Shown here one piece after another: positions 20,346-33,155 of a stretch of 64,000 bases of DNA (within the stretch, counting starts at the first letter, position 1; every line of letters begins with the position of its first letter). The notes below the pieces were generated by a model. That model searched no databases, had not been told where the DNA came from, and saw only the letters and a program-made list of their open reading frames with translations. Made by a program: the position numbers and the translations under genes. Source of the DNA: Azolla caroliniana (taxonomy: Eukaryota; Plantae; Polypodiophyta); assembly GCA_043228905.1 (NCBI GenBank), contig JBHGNT010000098.1:27695-91694 (forward strand), written 5' to 3'.

Positions 20346-22959
20346 GATGTGAAAACACAAGGGAAGAGACACCACAACATACACCCCAAAATATTTTCTT
20401 GATACAAGGATCAAAGCCACAATGGATTTACAATAGTGGCGCTTAGGCCGGTGTCGACAATGTCAAACAAACAAGAGTGGTACAATAGAGAGGGACGGAG
20501 ATAGGAATTCGTGACGACAATGACCACCAAGCACAAGCACACCAAGCCTAACTTCGAATACAACGGCACAAGTAGACCACACGAACCGATAACCATGTAC
20601 CACAAGAGTCGACCACACCAACATCATGAACCTCGAACCACGCGAACGGCAAGCTCACGGACTCGCAACAATGAACACAGGCACCAACATCATGAATTGA
20701 GAACCACTTGAACGGTGAGCACACGGGCTCGCAATGATGAACGTGGGCACCAACACCATGAACCGAGAACCACCCGAGCGGCGATCACATGAGCTCACAA
20801 TGACAAATGGGGGCAAAGCAACACCGGACCAACAAGCCTAGAGTGCACGAGCACCACAAATGACCCGAGCACTTTGAGCGCCAAGATCAACACAAGGTCA
20901 CAGACGCACCTCAAAAGGGAGAGTGTGAGAAAGAGAGATCAAGAAACCATAAGAACCTCCAAATGACAAGGAAAAGGAAGAAGTATCGAAACCCTAAAAC
21001 TCAAGCTAGAAGAAGATGAGAAAGAACTCATTAGATCTAAACCCAAGAGGAAGTAGAAGAAAAGAAACCTTAGAAATCAAAAGAGAAGAATATGAATCTC
21101 AAACCCTAAAGGTCTACCCCTAAAAAAACCCAAAAATATCTGACCAAGAAAAAATCATCGCCCCCTCAACCTCCTTTTACACGAATAAAAAAGGAAAGGG
21201 GGTCGCCACATTCATAATCAATGCAAAAGGAATAGAACTCCTTAAATCACGGTACGGTGTCAAACAAAATTTCGATCCGTGCACCTCTAGCTAGGAGTCA
21301 ATGGATCTATCCAATAAACAAGTAACTCCCAATTATTTTATGTTTAATTCTATATATAAAAATTCACATTCTGTCTTTTTCTCTCTCCTACTTCTCCTTT
21401 CTCCTCTCTCTTACGTTTCTTTTCTCTCTCCAATTACACGATTTTATATGCCTCCTTTGCACCCTTCATTTTCCCTTTTCATTTGCATCACTTACAACCT
21501 TCATTTTCCATTTTATTTGTGCCTGTGCACAAATATTGGCCTCTTGTGTGCACACACATTGCGCATACACATTTTGGCCCCTTTTCTCGTGATTTCTCAC
21601 CGTAGCCAAACATCTTCACAACACCGGCGGCCGAGAGTCGGTTGAGGCCGAAGAGACGACCAAGAGTCAGTTGAGGACCGAAGAGTTGACAGAGAGTTAG
21701 CTGACAATCGAGTGCAGCTGAGGGATAGAACCGGCGAGGAGCGCTTAGAGCCAACTAGGGCCGACAGAGAAGTGAGAGAACAGAGAAGAAAAACAACAAA
21801 CGAAGAGATAGGGTGCCTAAGTACGAGAGCAAGAACGAGAGCGTTCTACAAAATAGAAGACAGAGATATGTGAGGGGTTGTTCGTGACGTCAAGAACACA
21901 TGATTGTACAACACCTCTCCTATCCATCCGTATCAAGTTCTTTCCTTCTGTGTTTTTCCTTTTATTTTCTATTTTCTTTTGTTCTATAGACCCAATCAAG
22001 TGAAGATCATAACCATGGATGTTGCCTTCAAGTGTGTACATTCCTCTAGTCAAAACCTAGAGAGATTGTACTCAGTTGTACTCACTGTTGTTCTATCCAC
22101 CCAATCGGATGAAGGTTTTAACCAAGGTTGTTGCCTTGAGGTATGTACATTCTTGTTGAGATATGAAGCTCAACTAGGTTTAGTTATTTAGTCAATCATG
22201 TAACTTAGTAGTTACATAATTAGAATGTAGTTAGAAGTGTTGACCTTAAAACCTTAAATAGGATTTTGTACTTAGTGGGGATACATTCTAGATCCTCCAG
22301 TACCAAGTTCATTGAATATAGGACTTACATCCTTGTATCTATATTCTCCTGACATATGTGCACCATTGCACATGAGATGTATATATACCTCATTGTGGGT
22401 ATCTTTGTTCTTTGATGCTTATGAATATAGAGAAAGGTTATCTAACTACATTCTTGTTAATCATTCTCCATTTATTGTTCGTAAGTGTTCTTTCTCTCTT
22501 CTTCCCATACTCTCACATACACACACATCATATAATTTCTGCTGTTTAATCACAAACGTGATGAGCTATTCACATAATTAGGTACTAATTAACCCTTAGT
22601 TAATTACCTAATTATTAACAATTCCTCTAGTCGAAACCTAGAGAGGTTGTACTCGGTTGTAAGCATTGTTATTCTATCCACCCAATCGAGTGAAGGTTGT
22701 AACCAAGGCCGTTTCTTGAGGTAGATACATTCCTCTAATGAAAACCTAGAGAGGTTGTATTCGGTTGTACTGAGAACATAGTGAAGTTGTTGGGAACCCG
22801 TGGTTTGTCCGTCCCTATTTGGGTTTTCCACGAACTTAAAATTTGGTGTACTCCGATTTTTGTTTCCGTTGCGTCTGTCTTATATCGTGATGGAAGTCTA
22901 AAGTTCATCCCGATTCAGTCCCATATTGCTAACAAGTTGAAGGCTTCTTAACAAATTTC

Positions 22960-23165
22960 TCTCGACGAGGGAATAATTGGAATCCTAACGATGAACTACT
23001 CTCCTCAAGCAAGAGGCGAAAGAAATAGTTTGAGACTACATACGCCGCACCAAAAGTCTGCACAATAGGTGCAACATAGGTGAAAAGATGTTCGATGACA
23101 AGCTAGTGAGTCGGTTCATCAATGGGCTCTACGACCCCAATTTGGGAGATTATTTCTTAATCGCC
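22960..23165 (+). pseudogene. Highly decayed retrotransposon gag fragment, probably downstream of an old LTR ending near 22934
   Basis: Manual translation LKQEAKEIV*DYIRRTKSLHNRC...KLVSRFINGLYDP resembles Retrotrans_gag. Confidence 0.45.
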
Positions 23166-24467
23166 ACATGGATGGATCTCACATGTAAAAAAGTACACAC
23201 TCACTAATAGAACCTCAAAAACTAATAAGGGAGCACAATAAACCACAAGATCACAATAATTTGCATTGTAATTTTGGACATTCTATTATAGCATAGCCAT
23301 TAATTTGTAACATCACACAACAGTCATGATAGCTAACGTATGAAGCGGCCAAAATGGTTATGTGGATTCTTGGTAGAGTCCGAATTCATTGAATTAATTG
23401 GATATGTGTATGGAGTTGAGGCCTGGAATCCTGGACTATAATCATATATGTCGATTTGTTGCATCTATGTATCATGCAATCACCCACCTAGATGATGACG
23501 ATGATGACGTGTGTATGGGAGGCCCGCCATTATTTGTATATAGCCAATTTATTATAGGTTTTACATATTTCTTAGAAAAGCATTATGGGAAAAAAAAACC
23601 TTGTGAATGCAAAACGTGCAGAGAACAAACGGTAGAACCAGCTAAGATATATGAATTATAACCCTGATGGATGGATTCAAAATGGTGTCAGAAGTTATCC
23701 GTGTCAATTATTGTGATTGCAGCAAAGGAGATAATTCATATCCTCTTGGAACATGACATTAAAAACTTAGTATGAGAATTTTTAATGGCTTCCCATGTTT
23801 GTTCTCAATTATGAATCGGAGATGTATAGATTACAATTACAATAAGCTGAAATCATATCGAATATTACTGATTACGGAGATCATGCCCCGTTGGAGCACG
23901 ACTGAAATTTGATGGTGAAAGGTACTCACTGTCCATGCAATGTAATAACTGGTTTTACAGGAGGAAACTTATACAGGAGCTACTCCTGTATCAGCATTAA
24001 GGTTGTTGACTTTTGATCCTGAAATTAAAGCGGCAGGATGCAATGTCTCTCCTCTCATTCCTCTCGCGCCACCTGATCACTCGAGTAATTAACAATGTCA
24101 AACCCTTTCTACAATGGGTGTGCGTGTGTATATATGTGTGTGTTGTATGAAATGAATGCATAATCATCTCTTAAGATTCTATCACTGGCTCATCTGCTGT
24201 TGCCATTCATTTGACAGCAATCACAGCGCGAATTATATCATAATTCGACGTAAGTATGAAATGCGTAATGTCCTAATATGACAACATCTCTAACCATTTG
24301 TGATCAATAATCCATTGTGCGTAAAAATCATAATTGGTCTGCATCATGATTCCATATACCCTACCTACCTACATTAAATTATGCTTTAATCCAAATTAAT
24401 CTGAATTCAAATCCTCTGTGTGTCACAAATTAATCAGCTAATCCTAGTTGTTGTAATTATCGGAAGA

Positions 24468-27400
24468 ATGGCAAGGAGACACAGCAAGGATACCGGGGAA
24501 AATGATACAGAATATCCTCAGCTGGAGCGTCGCCAGATCGTGGTGCCGCAGAAGGGCACATTCGTGAAGGAAATCAAAAGCACATTGAAGGAGACGTTCT
24601 TCCCCGACAACCCCCTCCGAACCCTCCGGAAGCAGACTCCCAATGAGCGCTTCTTTGCCGCCCTTGCCTACATCTTCCCTGTCTTCCATTGGGGCCGAGG
24701 ATACACCCTCCTCAACCTCAAAGACGACGTCATCGCCGGCCTCACCATCGGCAGCCTCTGTATCCCACAGGACATTGGCTACGCCAAGCTCGCTGGCGTG
24801 CCCCCCATCTATGGCCTCTGTATGTCTCTCTCTTTTCTTTTTGCCCCCCTAGTATATGTATATTATCAAGAAATTGGTATGATCTGATCTTCAAACACTC
24901 GACATTTCGGCTTGTAAATTAATGCAGTCACCAGCTTTGTGCCACCCCTCATCTACGCGGCCCTCGGGGTGTCGAGAGAGATCGCCATCGGCCCCGTGGC
25001 AGTGGTGTCCATCCTGCTGGGCACCCTGGCCAAGGACGAGTTCCCTGTCCCGGCCGCGGCCACCGCCAAATGTGACACCACCTCCACCAAGTTCGTCAAT
25101 GCCAACTGCAGCACCTACAGGGAGCAATACCTCGCCCTCATCTTCACCGCCACGCTGTTCACCGGGATTATCCAGGCTGCCCTAGGCCTCACCAGGTAGT
25201 AAAATCAATCCCTAATATTATATTTCACATCCATCATTTCTATATGGGGTTGACTTCTAGTTCTAAATTTCTGACATGGTAGGCTTGGCTTCATCATCGA
25301 TTATCTCTCGCACGCGGCCATCGTGGGGTTCATGGCGGGTGCGGCCATCACCATCGCCCTCCAGCAGCTCAAAGGCCTCCTCGGTATATCTACTGCTTCC
25401 TTCACGAAGAAGACCGACATCGTGTCCGTCCTGCGTTCCGTATTCTTGCATACCAAGGAGGTATAACACTGACCATCCCCCATAGAACCTAACCTGTATA
25501 TAATAAAAAGGAAATGCAGGAATTGGATGATTCCATTCACAAGTGAATCTTACATGCCTCCCAACTAATTTTGCCATGATTTATAATTTGTTAATGTTGC
25601 CCCTTGTAGTGGAGCTGGCAGACGATCATCATCGGCCTCGCCTTCTTGGCCTTCCTCCTACTGACCAAATATATTGTAAGCTTTTTCTATAATCAATTTT
25701 AAGCACAGCTTGGATCAAACACAACCATCTGACTGATTGTTCCTGTTCTGTGATGATGTGACGCAGGCCAAGAAGAGGCCAAAGCTCTTCTGGGTGTCGG
25801 CCATCGCCCCGCTCACCTCCGTCATCATTTCCATCCTCATTGTCAAATTCAGTAAAGTCGACGAGAAGGGAGTCGCCATTGTAAGCACTAGCATCCCATA
25901 TTATTTGTGTATATTGCTAGCTTCCTCCAGTTTCTTAAACACATTCCACCTAATTATTTTCCTACTTAAAATGGTGACGGTGTACTACTCTCCTCGCATG
26001 TATCCTTATCCTGCAGGTTGGAAAAATTGATGGGAAAATAAATCCATCGTCGGTTGGACAATTTGTGTTTCACGGTGACATCCTCAAGCATGCTCTTATC
26101 GTTTCTGTTCAGACATCTCTCGTTGCACTCACGGTAAGCATATGTCCCATTCTAATCCTCCGGCATAATTATTAATTGCAATAATGTCAGCAGCTGCTCA
26201 TTTCGACTTTGTCTTACGAACAGCAACGCATGAGTATTAAAGGATTCGGATCGACCTAATTTGTGTGGAGTTAATAATGTTTGTGTAGGAGGGGGTCGCG
26301 ATCGGAAGGACATTTGCAGGTATACGAGATTACCATATCGATGGCAACAAAGAGATGGTGGCATTCGGAGTGATGAACGTCGCTGGAGCGTGCACTTCCT
26401 GCTATGTTGCTACTGGTACTCACATTATTTTCTTAAGGCAGTTTCTTATTGAACCCATACATCTTTAGTGTTGACAGAAGCTTTAGCACTAACTAAATAG
26501 ACATAATTTGGAGTAACTAGTAAACTTATAATATGATGGTGTGATGATTGTGACTGATTGCATTGCATCCTCCTGCAGGCTCCTTTTCTCGATCTGCTGT
26601 GAACTATAACGCAGGAGTGAAGACGCCGGTGGCGAACATCGTGATGTCGCTGATGGTGATGATTGTGTTGGTTGCGTTAACGGGACTTTTCCATGACCTG
26701 CCCAACTGCATCCTCGCATCCATCATCATCAATGCCGTCATCGGCCTCATTGACTTCAGTGCCATGTACAAGATCTGGAAGGTTGATTTCGGGGACTTCA
26801 TCGCCATGGCCGGCGCTTTCTTGGGTGTTGTCTTCATTTCTGTGGAAATAGGGCTCCTCATTGCGGTGCGTACAAAAGAAGATTTAGATCACACCAATCC
26901 ATCCATCCATCATTCCTTCTTCCCAGAGTAGTAGTACATATAATAATTTTGTGTCCTGGGGCCGCTGTGAACTCCTCCTTTGTAAATTTGTCTGGAATGA
27001 AAATTGTAGGTCGTCCTCTCCGTAGCCAGGGTGTTGTTGCAGGTGACCAGGCCCCACACAGCTGTGTTGGGGAAAGTTCCCGGCACAAGCATTTACCGGA
27101 ATGTGGTGCAATACCCGGATTCTGTCACACAGTCGGGTATCTTGGTGATTCGGATCGACACAGCCATTTACTTCGCCAATTCGAATTATCTCAGGGAAAG
27201 GTATTTCATTTCAGTAGCATACATCAAAATGTAATTCCATTAATCTTCCAGTTCTGGGGGTTGAGTCAATGGATGGCAACTACACACAAGATTTCCTGTT
27301 TCTGGATCATGAAATCGAGAATCGCATTTTTCGTTGTTTTTTGTTTAAACGCTATATGAGACTTGGGGAATGACCCAAGGAAGGCTCATGGTTTATTTGG

Positions 27401-27567
27401 TGAATGATGATGATGATGATGATGCTCAGGATACTGAGGTGGCTAGACGATGAGGCGGAGAAGATAAACGAGAAGAATGGAGTGCCGATACAGTTCGTCA
27501 TCTTGGAGCTCTCACGTGAGTTACACACCTAAATACATACATATATTATATAGACCTAGTTACAACT

Positions 27568-27598
<31 letters not shown>

Positions 27599-28222
27599 TA
27601 GGTTCACTAGCCAGTATTGGCGGGGGGGGGGGAGTTTGATGAGAACAGTATATGAACCTATATGTATATAATTTGGGAATATCATTATCACTGATTATGG
27701 ATGAATAAAATGGTGGCAGCCGTCACAAACATCGACACGACAGGCATCCACTCGCTGGAAGACCTACTCACCAATCTCAGGAACAGGAAGATCCAGGTAC
27801 TCACTCATCCATCCATCACATACATACATATTTGGCATCATCCACCAGCCATGACTACTCATGTGATGTAGCAGTAGTAGGAATGTGGTTTATGTATTAT
27901 ATCTGTTTGGCATTCACACACAATCTAAGTGGATGCATGTGTGTGGGTGTTTGCGTGAGAAAGAGAGAGACTTACAGACACGAGGATCATATATATATAT
28001 ATATATAGATATATGATGATGCATGATGATTCATATGACTACTAGTACTGACTGGCTTCTTGATGAGATGCAATGCAGCTGGCGATGGCGAACCCAGGGA
28101 CAGAGGTAGCACAGAAGCTGAATGAATCGGGGGTGATGGATAGAGTGGGGAGGGAGTGGTTCTTCGTCACCGTCGGTGAGGCTGTGGACGTCTGCTCCTC
28201 CCACCTCGACGCAGCACTCTAG
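24468..28222 (+). CDS. SULTR: Sulfate transporter (SLC26/SulP family with C-terminal STAS domain), 12 exons, 668 aa
   Basis: Exons 24468-24819, 24928-25195, 25283-25460, 25610-25675, 25767-25880, 26017-26133, 26289-26415, 26579-26865, 27010-27200, 27430-27515, 27720-27796, 28079-28222. All introns GT-AG; total 2007 nt, in frame. Motifs [49 protein letters not shown]. Confidence 0.95.
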
Positions 28223-28966
28223 AGTCTAGACATAGCATACACACCCTTCTCTGGTCTCTATGTCCCTGGGAAGGCGGCCAAATTTGTTTTGTTTTGTTTT
28301 GTTCAATAATCTAGTCTGATCTAATTTCATTTCATTGTGAGGTTGAGCGTTTACAGTGCGTTAAGAGTTTGTTGTTATTTACTCGCATCTGAAACCCTAA
28401 AATGCTCCCATTTAGCTATCACCTGCATGACACCCGACATTGTACTATGCATATTGAAAACTCGGAACCTACGATTATGAGAGAAGTGTGCGTATATACA
28501 TACTGCTGCTCCAACGTGTGTCTCAAATCAAAGAGAAATGTGACCAACCCAACGTCGTACGGAAATGACACAAACATTGGCTCTTGTGCGTATGGGTGAG
28601 GGTTGAAAGAGAGTTCTGTGTTCACTCACTTTGAAAACTTTTTAAACCTCATGAAATGTTTCTTAGTCTAAGTGCATCCCATCATCCAATCCATTCCTTC
28701 ATAACCTTTTCTCCAAGTGGAAGCTCGAGACACTTTCCATGAAGGAGCACGGATGAACCTCGCATAAACATTTGTAGAAAGCTCCACATCATATTGTGCG
28801 TATAACAAACCCATGAGGATTTTGTGTCTACACTACATGGCAACATCAAGCACATGTTTTAATCCTTATAAACCTCATGTAAGAGGTTAGATCATTGCCC
28901 ATCCTATTGTCAACGAGCAAATGCAAGAAGAATTAACAACTATCAAGCATCCCTAAGCAATCCATG

Positions 28967-29334
28967 TATAGAAAGTAGCGTGCAGAAGCAAGTATGAAGA
29001 CAGAACAGAAGGAAGAACACTCAGGTTTAATGGAGAGCTTGAGCTTACGCAGTATACGCGGGAGAGACTGAGAGAGTGAGAGAGAAGACACGGTATTAAT
29101 ATTCAAAAAAGACAACACTATACATATATGTGTTCAATGAACACTTTGTACAAGTCCTAGAAGGATTGACTGAGGTACTGACAGTACTTCAATGCTCATT
29201 AAGAGCTCCTACACTAACTCCCAAATATATTCCTCACGGAATATCTTTCCTAACGGCCTAACCGATCGGTCCCAACCGATCCGATCCTCGACTTCTTCAG
29301 CCGATCCGGCCGATGTTGAGCTTGTCTCTCAACA
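28967..29334. mobile_element. Solo LTR about 750 bp downstream of the SULTR stop
   Basis: 368-bp segment TA(TG-derived)...AACA flanked by direct repeat CCATG (28962-28966, 29335-29339). Confidence 0.6.
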
Positions 29335-29510
29335 CCATGCTTACATTAAATCTCATGACAAACTACTCTTAGTCACCTAATTGGTCTCACCTAATTAACA
29401 ATGCACTCAACTATTTTCACACTTGAGGAAAAAAACACATTTGGAAAGATTGGACACATTACAGACTTACTTAGAGTTCATAGATGCGATAAGTACTAAT
29501 TGTTTTGGAG

Positions 29511-29512
<2 letters not shown>

Positions 29513-29562
<50 letters not shown>
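29513..29562. repeat. (GA)n microsatellite
   Basis: About 25 GA units. Confidence 0.95.
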
Positions 29563-29564
<2 letters not shown>

Positions 29565-29568
29565 ACGA

Positions 29569-29811
29569 TGTTGGCATGTCCGATATTCTGGTTGTTAAGG
29601 ATGAAAGAACATCGTCTAGAGCACGTGATAGGTTTAGTATTGTTGAGAATCGAACTCAACTTCCTCAATGAAGTGATTTCACACTAGGCTAGTTTTGTAA
29701 ATAACAGAAAGGGTTCTTGCCCTACACTAGTTCGTATTTAAACCAACCTTTTGTAGTGTAGTTATTGTTGGATGTAATTGATCTTTTCTTGCTAATATAC
29801 AACTTCTCGTT

Positions 29812-29851
<40 letters not shown>

Positions 29852-32800
29852 CTACGAGTGCGCACACACAGTTCATCTCCGCTACACAACATCACCTAGC
29901 CTCTCACTCTTTACATGGTATTAGAGTGTGTGGTTTTCTGATCAAGCTTATTCAACTATATCAATGTGCTATACACTGATGACCAACAAAATCGGTTTAA
30001 GCAACAGAGAAGAAATCGACATCATGAATACTTAGATGGGAAGCGCTCTTCCTACAGAGAAGCTTGACAGAACAAACTTTGCATCTTGGGAATACAAGAT
30101 ACATCAATACCTTGTAAGTCAAGGATCCTAGAGCTATATTGAGGGAGCCCACAAAACGCAATCCAACCCAACACACGCCGGCTATCCAGCCTGGGAGCAA
30201 GCCGCAAGCCGTGTGTTGTATTGCCTTGCATCATGCGTTCATGATCACATGCTCGGCTATATTCGAGAGGCAAAGACGCCAAAAGAAGCTTGGGGTAATC
30301 TCAAGAATTTTTTCACAGCCAACACGGCTGCACGAAAGCTCCAACTCCGACAAGAGTTAAACAATATACAACAGAGGGATATGTCGATCACCAGTTATAC
30401 CTTGAAGATCAAGGAATTGTGTGATGCCCTCGGTTCGATCAATGTCATAAGCAACGGTGATGAAATGGTACAAATATGCCTCGGTGGCTTAGCACCACGA
30501 TTCCGCATGATTAGATCGGCCATTCTCGCAAAGGAGAATCCTCCTTCCTTTTTCGATCTTGAATCGATACGATTGGTGGAAGAAAATCATGCCCGACAAT
30601 GGAGTAATGCACCCGATGGTCAAATGCTCTACTCCCAATCACGTGATGGAAGAGGAGTCGATCGAGGAAGCAAAGGTTGATTCGGCCGAGGGCGATAGGG
30701 TTAGCCGACTCGAGAACGCAACTCCCACCAATGGCAAGAAGATAGGAACAATCTTATGGAGTTCAATAGAAGGGGGAGTCATCCTGTCGGACCGAGCAGT
30801 CGCAAGAACCCGATCGAATGCGGGTATTGTGGGAAACTCGACCACTACGATGTGGAGTGCCGAAAGAAGCAACGAGAGTCGACTTCGACCAGTCAACAAC
30901 TCACGAACTATGCCACGAATTCCGACTATGACGATCATGGCGGGATGTTCGTAATGAGGCATAAAGCACATTCGATATCGGCACCGGGCCCAACAAGCAC
31001 CTCTTCCTCAGATGATGTATGCTTTGTAGACTTAGGAGCATCCAATCACATGACATCTCATGAAGATTGGTTCTGAAAGTTTAGAAAGCATGATCGACTT
31101 GTCTATGTCGAAACCAGAGACGACACAACTCACTCGATTCGGCATATCAGAAATGCCCCATTCGGGAATGATGACAAATAAACCTATCTCAAGAAAGTAT
31201 TGCATGTCCCAACCATCATGAAAAACCTGGTCTCGGTAGGCTAGATTGTCGAACAAGGCATGGAAGTACGATTTAATAATGAAGGGTGCTTTATTGAGAA
31301 AGAAGGCCGACTGGCAGGTCACGGTTGAATAGAAGGCCGAATGTTCATTCTCGAATTGACGAGGTGAAGTTGGCTATGTTTGCAAAAGGCCTCAAAGTTG
31401 AGACTGACTTAAATTGTGGCACAAGTGAATTGGACACATCAATTTCTAAAAGCTTTAAAGGAATGCAGTCAAAAGGGGTCATAATCGGACTCTCGACATT
31501 TACCAAAAAGGAGATAATAGGTGTATGTGAAGCCTGTCAATTTAGAAAACAACACCGATGACCATTCCCGAAAGAGAGGAATGTGCGCAAAAGGATCCTG
31601 GATGTAGTACATTAAGATGTGTGGGGACCATCCCAAACGACAACATTCGGTGGTTGCCGATATAATGTCAAGTTCATCGACGACGTCTGGAGGCATACTT
31701 GGATCTATCCTATGCGGAAATAGAGTGAAGTGTTTGGAAACTTTCAAAGGTTTAAAAATGAAGTCGAAAAAACCACAAGTCGGCATGTCTGATGCCTTCG
31801 ATCGGATGGAGGCAAGGAGTATTTATTGGATGAGTTTACAACGTATCTCCGAAAGGAAGGAATTCGACAAGAATTATTTTGCCAACACACCTCAGCAAAA
31901 CGGAGTAGCCGAAAGAAAGAATCGGCACATAGTAGAGGTGGCAAGGGCCACGACGAATGAGAAAAACCTACCGAAATCGTACTGGCTAAAAGCGGCTAAC
32001 ACAACCGTCTATCTCATGACCAGATGTACAACCTCTACGTTACATGACGTAACCCCTCATGAGAAGTTTTTCGGAAAGAAGCCAGATCTATCACATATCC
32101 GGATTTTTGGCTCAAAGTCAAAGAAATGTATTGTCATAGGGTACTTACTCGAACAAAAGGGGTACAAATGTTACAATCCATCTATCCAAAAAGCTCGAGT
32201 GAGTCGAGATGTCGTTTGGGACGAATCGGCATCCTGGTACGAATCAGAGATGACACCGACTCCAACCCTAGTGGACCCGAAATCGGTCGAATGAGACATA
32301 GCAAATGAAGATTGACTCGGGCACATGTTTGAAGAAAGTCTAATTATGACACGATTAAGTGGACCACAAGAGCCCCTAAGTGACCAAAACACATCTCGGC
32401 CGAGTCCAATGCCAGGCAAAGGGAAGGGCAAAATGCCGGAATACGAAGATTCGATCAATAATGAGTCGACTCCCTACCTTGATAGTGAGTTCGAAGGCCT
32501 TGATCTTCCAATTATCCGGCTAAATGGAGTCAAACAAGCCATAGCTTCTGCAAACTAGAAGCTTCGTCGCTCCCCCTGACAGAAGAACGTGGTCAGCCGA
32601 TTTGTCTACGATGAATATATGGCATATAAATATGCCTTTATGATGAAGGTGGCGACAATCCGAGAACCAAAAACATTTTTTGAGGCAGCCAAGGATCCAC
32701 AATGGATCAAAACTATGAACGAAGAAATGCAGGCTCTATGCAAAAACGAGACATGGGATCTCGGCCCCCATTCTCCACACAAGAAAGTGATCGGCTGCAG

Positions 32801-33155
32801 GTGGATATACTAGGTAAAACATAACGCCGATGGCTCGGTAAATCTCTCCAAGGCACGACTCGTAGCCAAGGGATATGCTCAAACACACAGAGTCGATTAT
32901 GAGGAGATCTTTGCTCCGGTGGCAAAGATGACGACTGTTCGGACAATCGTTACTCTCGTAGGTGCAAAAGGTTGGCACCTCTACCAGATGGATGTGAAGA
33001 ACGCCATCCTACAAGGTGAATTGGACGAGGAGGCGTTCATGATTCAACCACTCGGTTTCAAATCGACCAAACATCTGACAACAGTCTACCGACTAGAGAA
33101 GCTGCTATATGGACTCAAGAAAGCACCACGTGCTTGGCATTCGAAGATCACCTAG
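29569..33155 (+). mobile_element. Degenerate Ty1/Copia element E (5' LTR, gag, integrase, partial RT), truncated by nested insertions
   Basis: LTR about 29569-29915, PBS TGGTATTAGAG at 29916. gag 30213-30680; knuckle CGYCGKLDHYDVEC; TPQQNGVAERKNR; QMDVKNA; many stops. Confidence 0.85.

Noticed and set aside
24420-24467. Upstream GTG start for SULTR from the ORF track
   Set aside because: ATG 24468 in good context gives a normal-length protein; a short upstream exon cannot be excluded.
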